Assembly (NCBI GenBank): GCA_023245955.1
Contig: JAHFJI010000002.1
Coordinates: 1 to 51,429 of the forward strand
DNA from: Candidatus Doudnabacteria bacterium
Lineage (GTDB): Bacteria; Patescibacteriota; Doudnabacteria; UBA920
Direction: 5' to 3'
DNA length: 51,429 nucleotides
Numbering within the stretch: the first letter of the stretch is position 1; each line of letters starts with the position of its first letter. Shown here piece after piece: positions 1 to 8,744 of this stretch. A model generated the notes under the pieces. That model was given only the letters and a program-made list of their open reading frames with translations, ran no database searches and had not been told where the DNA came from. The position numbers and the translations under genes were made by a program.

Positions 1-151
1 CGTAATAGATGGCCTGGGATCCAAGGCCAACTGTTAGGCTCATAGTATGAGCCGCTCCGCCCCGACCAACTTCCGACGCTATTTTCTTTTTTATATTGAA
101 AACAGGTCGGGGCTGGGGCACAACCTGGATCAAAGCTTTGAAGGAGGCTTT

Positions 152-934
152 ATGTCCAATCGCAAATTTTTCTCCAGCACACTGCTGGCGCTCGTCGCAA
201 GCTTTTTCGCGCTGATGGTCACCCCAGTCTTCGCGCAAACCACGCCAGTCCGCGCGGGTATGCCCCAGCGGACAGTTGTAGCGCCTGAAGATCTCGCAGC
301 CTTCACCTGTCCGCCGGCTATCGAGTTTTCCGTCTTTAAGGGAAACATCGGAGACGGCATCGAGCGGAACGCCGGTACGTTCCGATTCAGCGCTTTTACA
401 TCGAACACGCTGAACTCGGAATTTGTCAGAGTGTGGACGTTCAGAACGTTCACGTTCGACAGCGGCTACGGACGCACCACGCTTGGTCGCCCGGAGGCCC
501 ATTCGTGGTTTGACGTCAAGGTCGAAAAGCCAGGCTGGATCGTGATCCGCTATTGGATCCAGGGCGCGTCGATTATGACAGCCGAAGAGCTTCACCCTAG
601 CGGTGGAGCATTTGAAGGGCAGCTTGCTCTTTACACCAACCAAAATGGTGGTCTTTGTATCTTCGAAACATGGAGCGTTCCCGAGTTTTTCGCCATTAGC
701 TCCCTCGGTCGGCGCCTACAATACGGCGCATTTGGCAACAACGCAAGTCTTATGTTTGACCACCTTTGCTTCTGGCGGGTACCGACGTACCTCGGACAGA
801 ACCATCTGGCGTTCAACCAAGTGACCATCGGCGCTGACAGTGTGACCTGGCAACCTCTGGAACTGTTCTTGCCGGGCACGAGCATGAGATTCAACATCGG
901 GTGGCTTAAAGTCACTTTTCCCACCTGCCAATAG
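152..934 (+). CDS. Hypothetical secreted protein in a GC-rich segment
   Basis: ATG 152 follows GGAGG (143-147). Signal peptide MSNRKFFSSTLLALVASFFALMVTPVFA. The track start at 47 is probably too far upstream. Confidence 0.65.
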   Translation: MSNRKFFSSTLLALVASFFALMVTPVFAQTTPVRAGMPQRTVVAPEDLAAFTCPPAIEFSVFKGNIGDGIERNAGTFRFSAFTSNTLNSEFVRVWTFRTFTFDSGYGRTTLGRPEAHSWFDVKVEKPGWIVIRYWIQGASIMTAEELHPSGGAFEGQLALYTNQNGGLCIFETWSVPEFFAISSLGRRLQYGAFGNNASLMFDHLCFWRVPTYLGQNHLAFNQVTIGADSVTWQPLELFLPGTSMRFNIGWLKVTFPTCQ

Positions 935-1160
935 GTGGGTGGTGTACATTGCTGGAAGGCTTTTTGGCTGAAGTTGCGACTTTGTGAGGCGGTAGGATTA
1001 GTTTGGAAGTTTGGGCACATGCTCAATACAACCAAGCTAAGACTACCGCCTCTTTTCTTTATCTATTATTTTCCTATCCAACTTTTAAGCCTTATAACTC
1101 TTATCTCTACACCCCCAAAATTCTACTGCACAATATTTATCTGGTTGCGATATTGTCAAC

Positions 1161-1338
1161 AGGTCTCTTTCAAAAGCCCACCATTCCACCTCCTGTCATT
1201 CCGGAAGCCATAAGGCTTTGCGCAGGCTATCCGGAATCCATCTTAAAACCTGGATCCCGGCTTCCCGACTCAGAGTACGGGATAAACATAAGGCCGGGAT
1301 GACAAGACAAAATACAGTTACTTTTGAAAGAGGTCTAA
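1161..1338. repeat. Palindromic element family B (GTCAT..CCGG...CCGG.ATGAC, 1195-1303) inside short terminal inverted repeats
   Basis: GTCATTCCGG...CCGGAATCCA / TGGATCCCGG...CCGGGATGAC, flanked by TCTCTTTCAAAAG and CTTTTGAAAGAGG. Similar copies at 14451, 28379, 29698 and 30656. Confidence 0.75.
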
Positions 1339-1356
1339 TGATCGTCTTTGGCATTA

Positions 1357-1395
1357 AAAAAAGACCATCAGCGATAGATGCGGATGGTCTTTTTT
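1357..1395. terminator. Bidirectional intrinsic terminator
   Basis: AAAAAAAGACCATC...GATGGTCTTTTTT hairpin between convergent genes. Confidence 0.65.
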
Positions 1396-1405
1396 GTATC
1401 AAATG

Positions 1406-1729
1406 CTATGCAATATTTAGCGCAACCTTAAGTTCTTTAACTTCGCTCTCAATTTTGTTCATGCGGTGATCTCGCATATCTAGACGGCGTCTCACTTGTT
1501 GGAAATTGGTATCTATAGAATCTAGTACTGTGGCAGTAACTTCATCAGTATAGTTCTCTAAGTTCTTTTGTAGAGTTTCAAGACCTGTTTTCAAATCTGT
1601 CTTAGTAGCCATCTCAGCACGAACATTCTCCAAATCTGTCTTAGTAGCCATCTCTCCACGAATGGTTGCAATGCTAGTGCTTATTTGAGCAATGGCTTCA
1701 TTAAATTGTTCCAATGTTAGTTCAGACAT
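1406..1729 (-). CDS. Small coiled-coil hypothetical protein with a duplicated EMATKTDL motif
   Basis: 107 aa ORF with an internal 24-bp direct repeat (1592-1615 and 1631-1654). Confidence 0.7.
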   Translation of the reverse strand: MSELTLEQFNEAIAQISTSIATIRGEMATKTDLENVRAEMATKTDLKTGLETLQKNLENYTDEVTATVLDSIDTNFQQVRRRLDMRDHRMNKIESEVKELKVALNIA

Positions 1730-1833
1730 ATAATGTTTGTTTCTTTTAACTGAAGTTAATACTATTTAAAGTTTATCACCATAGCTTTATGTGTCAATGT
1801 CCAATATTTTTGGTCTTAAATATGACTGAATTA

Positions 1834-2463
1834 CTATATGTACAGTGCTAAAGGCATCCTTGATCCAAACATGTGGGAATAAGTTTTTGGGATGAGCCCA
1901 AGCCTATCTAACTTGGCTAGAAGTGTTAAAGCTTTTTCTGTTCTTAATACTTTTTGCATTTTTGGTAAGCTATTTATCTTGGCAATTTCATTTGCTAAAT
2001 CTGGCTTATCTTTTAATAATTCTTCTACAGTTAAAATTTGTACGTTAAGTTTTAAGTGATGGGCAATTACTCCAATTCTTGGCACATGAAAAGCAAAAGC
2101 AATTAGAGTTACAATCTTTTTGTCTACTATTGGCTTCAATGCCTCTAGTTGCTCGTATGTATTATTAGTCGCTCTGTCTATTGTTTGTATATTTTGGATA
2201 TCTATTTTACGCTCTACTAAAAACTGCTTCATTAGGTCTGCAGTTTTATTTGTTTTAGAGCCGTAAGTTTGTTCCGCTATTAAAACTATTTTTGGATCAT
2301 TTATAAGCCAGGGTTCCGTCCGCCAGCTGGCGGACGGAACGACAGAGCGAGCGAGCCATTTTAGATACTCCAAAGTAGCCTCAAGCGCAAGAATTGAATG
2401 CTGGCTCAAGGCCGGCTCTCCATGAGCATTTATATAAGATGAATAGGGAAGTGGGAAAATCAT
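1834..2463 (-). CDS. YdcF/DUF218 (ElyC/SanA-like) family protein
   Basis: TADLMKQFL, NNTYEQ and FHVPR resemble DUF218 motifs. Confidence 0.55.
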   Translation of the reverse strand: MIFPLPYSSYINAHGEPALSQHSILALEATLEYLKWLARSVVPSASWRTEPWLINDPKIVLIAEQTYGSKTNKTADLMKQFLVERKIDIQNIQTIDRATNNTYEQLEALKPIVDKKIVTLIAFAFHVPRIGVIAHHLKLNVQILTVEELLKDKPDLANEIAKINSLPKMQKVLRTEKALTLLAKLDRLGLIPKTYSHMFGSRMPLALYI

Positions 2464-2553
2464 TGGTTAAGCGGGATTAACTAGGTCTTATAGGACTTAT
2501 ATGTCACATAAGTCCTATTGGATCTATAACACCCAGGCCAAAGGAAGGAAGGC

Positions 2554-2582
2554 TTGCCAAATGGTGCTAAATCGACTATAGT
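2554..2582 (+). promoter_or_regulatory. Putative sigma70 promoter
   Basis: TTGCCA-17bp-TATAGT upstream of the CDS at 2714. Confidence 0.45.
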
Positions 2583-2713
2583 ATAGGGTCTTTTTAGGAC
2601 GTGAACAATGGTGGGGCACAGAAGTAAGTAAACAAGAATTAAGTACTATTCGCTTACGTAACTCTCAGCTACTTATTTACTTAATTCAGTATTAATACTA
2701 AATCAGTGTATTT

Positions 2714-5700
2714 ATGAGTAGATTGATACGCATAGTGGGTTTTTTGGGCTTTATCTTAATAAGCTCCGTGTTTCTTGCAAGTAAAGCAGAGGCAGCACTG
2801 CCAGCTAATTTTCAGGCCACGCCTATCATAACTTCGGGCCTTAACGGTCCAAGCGGATTTGGCATAGCTCCAGATGGTCGGATATTTATTTTAGAGCGCA
2901 CTGGAGCAATTAAGATCTATAAAGGTGGACAGCTCCTTCCTACACCATTTGCAACACTACCAAGTGCAGCCACAGGCGATAGAGGACTGATAGGCGTGGC
3001 GTTTGATCCAGACTTTGCTACTAATCATTTTGTCTATTTTTACTATACAGCTGCAGAGGATATTTTAAATCGCTTAGTTAGGTTCAACGCAAGTGTAGAT
3101 GTTGCCACAGAGCCACCTGTAGAAATATATAAAACTCACACACCCTCACAGTTTTTACATTCTGGTGGTAGTGTGGTCTTTGGACCAGATGGCAAAATAT
3201 ATTTAGCCATAGGTGATAATGGTTATCCACCAAACGGACAAGACCTAACCAATGCACACGGAAAAATTTTGCGAGTAAACCGGGATGGGAGTATCCCCAA
3301 CGATAATCCCTTTATAAATACTCCAGGGGCTTTACCAGAAATCTGGGCATACGGATTTCGCAATCCTTGGCGGTTTCAGTTTGACTCCTTAACCGGTAAA
3401 ATGTATGGCGGAGATGTGGGAGAGTCTAGCTTTGAAGAACTAAACGAAATAAAACGAGGGAGTAATTATGGCTGGCCTATCTGCGAGGGGTATTGCACGC
3501 AGTATACTCAGCCACTCTACGCTTACGCCCACTCAGGTCCAAGCTCGGCTGTAACTGCTGGCCCGGTTTATCGTGGAAGTATGTTTCCAAGTAGTTATAA
3601 TGGAAGTTTCTTTTTTGCCGACTACGGGCAAGGGTTTATCAAGCGTGCACTCTTTGATAACGCGGGTGCGGTATCCAGCGTAGAAGATTTTGATATTGGA
3701 GCAGGTAGTGTAGTAGATTTGCATACTGCGGGCGATGGTTCTCTCTACTACATTACTTATTATCCAGGGAGACTGTATAGAATCAATTACTCCACGGGTA
3801 ATCACATACCCGTAGCCAACAGTAGCAGTGACGTCACTTCTGGGATTAATCCTCTTACAGCGCATTTCTCCAGCCTAGGTAGCTTTGACCCCGATGGAGA
3901 TACTTTGAGTTACCTATGGAAATTTGGAGACGGTACTACCAGCACACAAGCCAACCCCGTTCATGTTTTTTCCAATGCCGGTGCATATGTAGTGGAATTA
4001 ACTGTAAGTGATAGCCAGACACAAGCCATCGCAGTCCCTCTAGTTGTGCAGGCGGGGCTCACACCCACTGTTGTTATAGGCTTACCCCTAAATAACTCAA
4101 CTTACAAAGCAGGGGATACAATTTTCTATAGTGGCCATGGTTTAGACGGAGCTGGGTTTGACTTACCGGACTCTGCTTTTACGACTGAAGTTCGTTTTCA
4201 CCACCACGACCACATACACCCATTCCTTGGACCCGTACCTGGAAAAAATGGAAGTTTTAGCATACCTACTACAGGAGAAGCTGACCCAGACACTTGGTAC
4301 GAAATACGCATAACTGGCACGGACGTAAATGGGCTTAGCAATACAGCTGTAGTGAACATCCACCCCAAGACTTCTACCATAACTTTTGTTACAAATCCCG
4401 CGGGTCTAGATATAGACTTAGATGGTAGCCCGGTACATACACCTGTCTCCGTACTTGGCGTTGTGGGCTTTAATAGGCTTATCAACGCACCAGCACAAGG
4501 ACATAATAATAATTATTATGTATTTAGCTCTTGGTCAGACTCTGGCACTGCTTCTCACTTTATTGCCTTTCCCGACACAGATACTACCGTAACTGCAAAC
4601 TTTACAGTTGGGACTAGTGAGTGCAATAGCGTGGGCGTGAATGCATTTATTGGTTGCTACCACTCCGGTAAGACTCTGTCTGATCTCCGGCTCATCCGAA
4701 CTGACCCACAGATCAACTTTACTTGGGGTGCCAATGCTCCAGGCCTAGGATTGCCTATAGACGATTTTTCCGTTCGCTGGAGTGGAAACATAAACTTTAC
4801 CGCTGGTGAATATGACTTTACCACTCAAATGGATGATGGGGTCAGGGTGTATATAGACGGAGTACTAGTTCAAGACTACTGGATAGAACAGTCTGCGGTA
4901 CCACACACAAGCCACACAAGCCTCACCGCTGGAGTTCACAGAATTGTAGTAGAGTATTTTGAAGCGGGCGGAGACGCCTCGGCCAAGCTTACTTGGGTAC
5001 GCACTGGGGACATTGTTCCAGTGATTTCCTGCGATGTGCCTATATATGGAGCTTTTAACGCCTGCTACTATTACCCAACTAACTTCGCAGATTTTAAACT
5101 TCAAAGAACAGATGCATACCCGCTCAATTTAGATTTTGGACTGGGTAGCCCAGATCCAGTTATACCTGTAGATACTTTTAGTGCTACCTGGATAGGCAAT
5201 TTTAGTTTTGAAGCTTCTGAATACACTTTTACGGTCACAGCAGACGATGGTGTCAGACTCTTGCTTGATGGAAACATCGTACTGGATAAGTTCTTTGACC
5301 AACCAGCTAGCACGTACACAGTTAAGCTGAATCTAACGGCTGGAGTTCACACAGTAAAGCTTTTGTATTACGAAAACTATTGGCAAGCAATAGCAAAACT
5401 GAGTTGGGCAAAAACCAGTAATCTACCACCCGATCCAACCGCTACCTGCGATGTGCCAAATGTAGGAGCATTTAAAGCTTGCTACTTTGATAATGCCGAC
5501 TTTACCAATTTAAAGTTGGCAAGAACGGACAATGCTATTAACTTTGATTTTGGGCAAGCCTCTCCAGACCCGCTAGTTGGCCCAGATACCTTTAGCGCTA
5601 CTTGGCTTGGTACATTTACCTTTAATGCTGGCACGTACGAGTTTGTAGCTACTGCTGACGATGGCATGAAAGTCTTTGTAGATGGACAGGTGATAATAGA

Positions 5701-6247
5701 CCAATTCCATGACCAACCAGCCACTACTTATACAGCAAGAATGGATTTAACTACTGGCCAACACGTAATAAAAGTACTTTATTACGATAATTACGGGGAT
5801 GCAGTAAGCAAACTTAGCTGGACACAAGTCGGCAGTCCACCACCACCCCCAGTGCTCAACTGTACTACTCCAGGCAAGGATAACTTTACTGGTTGTTACT
5901 ACGATAACAAAGACTTTACCAATCTAAAACTGGTTAAAACCGATAACGCTATTAACTTTGATTTTGGTGCTGAGAGCCCGGACTTAAAGATTGGTAGAGA
6001 GGAATTTAGTATTCGCTGGAGCGGAGACTTTGATCTTGTAACCGGTAACTACATTTTCACCACCAAGTCAGATGACGGAGTGAGGCTGTATGTAGACAAC
6101 ACACTACTGATAGACAAATGGGTAAACCAAGGTCCAACTACCTATACAGCACCAGTTTCGCTCGCTACCGGTAATCACAATATACGCCTAGAATATTATG
6201 AAAACTGGGGTGATGCTTCTGTAAGTCTTGCCTGGGCAAAGCAATAG
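2714..6247 (+). CDS. Secreted glucose/sorbosone dehydrogenase (GSDH) beta-propeller + PKD + four PA14 domains
   Basis: Signal peptide; HSGGSVVFGPDGKIY, GKILR and YGFRNPWR (GSDH); YLWKFGDG (PKD); four FS.RW/TW...DDG.R...YYE repeats (PA14). Confidence 0.88.
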   Translation: MSRLIRIVGFLGFILISSVFLASKAEAALPANFQATPIITSGLNGPSGFGIAPDGRIFILERTGAIKIYKGGQLLPTPFATLPSAATGDRGLIGVAFDPDFATNHFVYFYYTAAEDILNRLVRFNASVDVATEPPVEIYKTHTPSQFLHSGGSVVFGPDGKIYLAIGDNGYPPNGQDLTNAHGKILRVNRDGSIPNDNPFINTPGALPEIWAYGFRNPWRFQFDSLTGKMYGGDVGESSFEELNEIKRGSNYGWPICEGYCTQYTQPLYAYAHSGPSSAVTAGPVYRGSMFPSSYNGSFFFADYGQGFIKRALFDNAGAVSSVEDFDIGAGSVVDLHTAGDGSLYYITYYPGRLYRINYSTGNHIPVANSSSDVTSGINPLTAHFSSLGSFDPDGDTLSYLWKFGDGTTSTQANPVHVFSNAGAYVVELTVSDSQTQAIAVPLVVQAGLTPTVVIGLPLNNSTYKAGDTIFYSGHGLDGAGFDLPDSAFTTEVRFHHHDHIHPFLGPVPGKNGSFSIPTTGEADPDTWYEIRITGTDVNGLSNTAVVNIHPKTSTITFVTNPAGLDIDLDGSPVHTPVSVLGVVGFNRLINAPAQGHNNNYYVFSSWSDSGTASHFIAFPDTDTTVTANFTVGTSECNSVGVNAFIGCYHSGKTLSDLRLIRTDPQINFTWGANAPGLGLPIDDFSVRWSGNINFTAGEYDFTTQMDDGVRVYIDGVLVQDYWIEQSAVPHTSHTSLTAGVHRIVVEYFEAGGDASAKLTWVRTGDIVPVISCDVPIYGAFNACYYYPTNFADFKLQRTDAYPLNLDFGLGSPDPVIPVDTFSATWIGNFSFEASEYTFTVTADDGVRLLLDGNIVLDKFFDQPASTYTVKLNLTAGVHTVKLLYYENYWQAIAKLSWAKTSNLPPDPTATCDVPNVGAFKACYFDNADFTNLKLARTDNAINFDFGQASPDPLVGPDTFSATWLGTFTFNAGTYEFVATADDGMKVFVDGQVIIDQFHDQPATTYTARMDLTTGQHVIKVLYYDNYGDAVSKLSWTQVGSPPPPPVLNCTTPGKDNFTGCYYDNKDFTNLKLVKTDNAINFDFGAESPDLKIGREEFSIRWSGDFDLVTGNYIFTTKSDDGVRLYVDNTLLIDKWVNQGPTTYTAPVSLATGNHNIRLEYYENWGDASVSLAWAKQ

Positions 6248-6334
6248 CAGCTTGCTAATCTAACCAGCAATCAAGTATAATGAGACAAACAAAAAAACCG
6301 CAATTCTGCGGTTTTTGTCTTGAAAGAGGATCAC

Positions 6335-6442
6335 ATGAAACGAAATCAGGGGATGGTTTTTGCCATGGTTATGTTCACCTTGGCACTTCTCACAACATTT
6401 TTTCTATTACTCCTCCAGGTTTTAATGGAGGGTAATAGATGA
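6335..6442 (+). CDS. 35-aa single-TM small protein (below the ORF-track cutoff)
   Basis: MKRNQGMVFAMVMFTLALLTTFFLLLLQVLMEGNR; GAGGA SD; TTGCTA-18-TATAAT at 6252-6281; downstream hairpin AGGCGC..GCGCCTTTTT. Confidence 0.5.
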   Translation: MKRNQGMVFAMVMFTLALLTTFFLLLLQVLMEGNR

Positions 6443-6475
6443 GGCGCTGTAGTAATACAAGCGCCTTTTACTTTT

Positions 6476-8125
6476 TTAATGCACCAAATACTTAGTTACA
6501 GTTATCCAGGTACCCACATATGGCCGGACTTCTGCAAACCCTTTTTCTTCTAGTTGTTCAAAGTTATGCGGCACTGGTGGTTTGCTAGAACCAAACCCAT
6601 TGGTGGAAACTAGCCAGAGCAGTTCACCGGGCTTAGCGCCAGTTTCAAACCTTGGCAACAAATCTGCATTGGTTAAGATAGCTGTGCCAGCAAAATGAGG
6701 CATATTACTTACCTCGGTATTTCCACCGGTGAAAAGTAATGGCTTAGGCCAACCAGCAGACGCATTAGCAGGTTCTTCACTGGCGCTAGACGCGTCATTG
6801 CTCAAGTCTTGTAAGCTAAACTGCTTAGAAGACATGGCGAATGGAGCCTGTGGAGCAGACTTTGGCGGGGGGGTCTGTGTCAGATAATATTTTAAGTTAA
6901 AGAACTCAAAGCTGGTACCAGCTACTAACTGGTCACCTGCGCGCATGTTCTCTTGTAGATAATGCACCACGCCATTCATACCGGGCTTAGTAGCCACGTC
7001 CAAATCTTTCCAGTAATGCCAAAAAGCTCCAAAGTTAGACAGAACGTATAGGACCAATAGTACATATAGTACAGATTGGCGACGCAGATTGGTAAGCCAG
7101 ATAGCCAAAGCAATTGTATAGAAAGGAGAAGTATAAAGAAAATATCTGACTAGATAAACCGATGAGCTCTCACCTTTTAAGTGGGCTAAAATAGCGAACA
7201 AGATAGAGCCTGCAAATGGAGCCACAAGCGCGAGCAATATGAGCCACTTGTGAGCACTGTCCGTTTCCCTTACAAATTGAACTATAAAGTATAGGGTAAA
7301 TATAGTGGCGAGAATTACTAGCACCTGCGTATTCCTCTCGGTAATATCTATACCTATGCCAAGCAACATTTGCCAAAGCGTAGTCGGGATACTCCATCTA
7401 TCTAGTGGTGGAATCCAGTAACCCGCACCTACCTGTTTAAACTGAAACAAAAACCATTTAAACCAAGGAGCGAAGACCGCGAGCAGTAACAAGTAACTAG
7501 TAATAAGTAATGAGTATTTTTTAAACTCAAGGCGATATGAATAAATATGGTAGCAGAGAGCATAGAAACACAGAGCAGCTACAGTAAAGAGTAAGTAATA
7601 GTGAGTAAGTACTGCTAAGCCAGAGACAAGACCAAATAAAATGTAGCATATTACTTGTCTCTTGTTTTTTGTCTCTCCCAAGCTCTTTACTAAAAAATAG
7701 GCTGCTAGCAAGCTTAGAAAAGCACCAAAGGTATACATACGGGCCTCGGTTGCATATTGAATTTGGAATGGACTGAGGCTTATGAGTAGTGCTGCTATTA
7801 GCGCCGCTTTTTCAGATTTGAATGCAACTTTTACAAATGCATAGCCTGCAAGTGCAGTGAGTACACCAAAGAATACAGAAAAGCCACGAAGCGCAAGTAA
7901 ACTATCGCCAAAGCCATAACTCCAAAGCCTGAGCGCTACATAATAGACTGGAGGATGAACATCTAAACCAATCCGGTAAAACATCTCACCCCAAGAGTAC
8001 TTTATGAGCAACGCAGAAAAAGCTTCGTCGTGCCAAAGAGAAATGTCTAGGTTATGGTAAAGACGAAGAATGAGGCCGAGGCAAGTAATAATGATCAGAC
8101 TTGCATAGACTTTTACTTTATTCAT
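6476..8125 (-). CDS. GT-C fold glycosyltransferase (ArnT/PMT-like, family 39/83)
   Basis: SLWHDE, DVHPP and EARMY motifs; many TM helices. Confidence 0.85.
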   Translation of the reverse strand: MNKVKVYASLIIITCLGLILRLYHNLDISLWHDEAFSALLIKYSWGEMFYRIGLDVHPPVYYVALRLWSYGFGDSLLALRGFSVFFGVLTALAGYAFVKVAFKSEKAALIAALLISLSPFQIQYATEARMYTFGAFLSLLAAYFLVKSLGETKNKRQVICYILFGLVSGLAVLTHYYLLFTVAALCFYALCYHIYSYRLEFKKYSLLITSYLLLLAVFAPWFKWFLFQFKQVGAGYWIPPLDRWSIPTTLWQMLLGIGIDITERNTQVLVILATIFTLYFIVQFVRETDSAHKWLILLALVAPFAGSILFAILAHLKGESSSVYLVRYFLYTSPFYTIALAIWLTNLRRQSVLYVLLVLYVLSNFGAFWHYWKDLDVATKPGMNGVVHYLQENMRAGDQLVAGTSFEFFNLKYYLTQTPPPKSAPQAPFAMSSKQFSLQDLSNDASSASEEPANASAGWPKPLLFTGGNTEVSNMPHFAGTAILTNADLLPRFETGAKPGELLWLVSTNGFGSSKPPVPHNFEQLEEKGFAEVRPYVGTWITVTKYLVH

Positions 8126-8137
8126 ATTGTTAATTGT

Positions 8138-8539
8138 TTATTTTTCATTTCTATATGCTTGGTTTAAGTATAATAAAATAAAACCAGCCAGCAATAACAA
8201 GAACCCGTCGCCGAGTAACATGGAGTAGTTATCTGCTCTTACCAAAGCAAGCATGAACATAAACGCCCCATGAGCCAAATTAGCCCAAGCCGTAAAGCCC
8301 AAAAATTCTTCGTAGCGAGACAGGTTACCCGAAGCTTTCCAGAGATATATACCCCAGACTAAATTAATAGTTGCAAACATGGCCTCATAATCCCAACTGT
8401 AATTACCATGTCTTAAAAAATAACTAAGCCAGGGGATGCTATGAGTATACTCACTAAAACTCATCAGCAAAAACATAAACACTAGAAAAAACAGGACTAC
8501 AGACCAAATTCTTACTCCTATTTGTAAATATTGTTTCAT
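8138..8539 (-). CDS. Small multi-TM membrane protein
   Basis: 133 aa with about four hydrophobic helices, co-oriented with its neighbours. Confidence 0.65.
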   Translation of the reverse strand: MKQYLQIGVRIWSVVLFFLVFMFLLMSFSEYTHSIPWLSYFLRHGNYSWDYEAMFATINLVWGIYLWKASGNLSRYEEFLGFTAWANLAHGAFMFMLALVRADNYSMLLGDGFLLLLAGFILLYLNQAYRNEK

Positions 8540-8564
8540 AAATTGTTTGTTATTTTTGGTTAAT

Positions 8565-8742
8565 TTTAGGACTTACGCGTTTGGTCAAGTACGAGGCATT
8601 TTCTGAGGCTTTGCCGAAGGCGTAGTTATACTACGACGAGGCAAACCGCAAGAAAATAACGAAGTAATTGGCCAAACCCTTGGGGCATAAGTTTTAAAGA
8701 CGGGCAATTCCTGTCAGTTCATTCAAGCGCGTAAGTCCTAAA
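8565..8742. mobile_element. MITE-like miniature element with 15-bp perfect terminal inverted repeats
   Basis: TTTAGGACTTACGCG (8565-8579) and CGCGTAAGTCCTAAA (8728-8742), with an internal nested hairpin and no ORF. Confidence 0.55.
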
Positions 8743-8744
8743 TT

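Noticed and set aside
935..1469. Short ORFs at 935-1469, ORF 29465-29827, and extended starts at 23322 and 30785
   Set aside because: They run through or start within palindromic repeats and terminators, so they are probably spurious translations.
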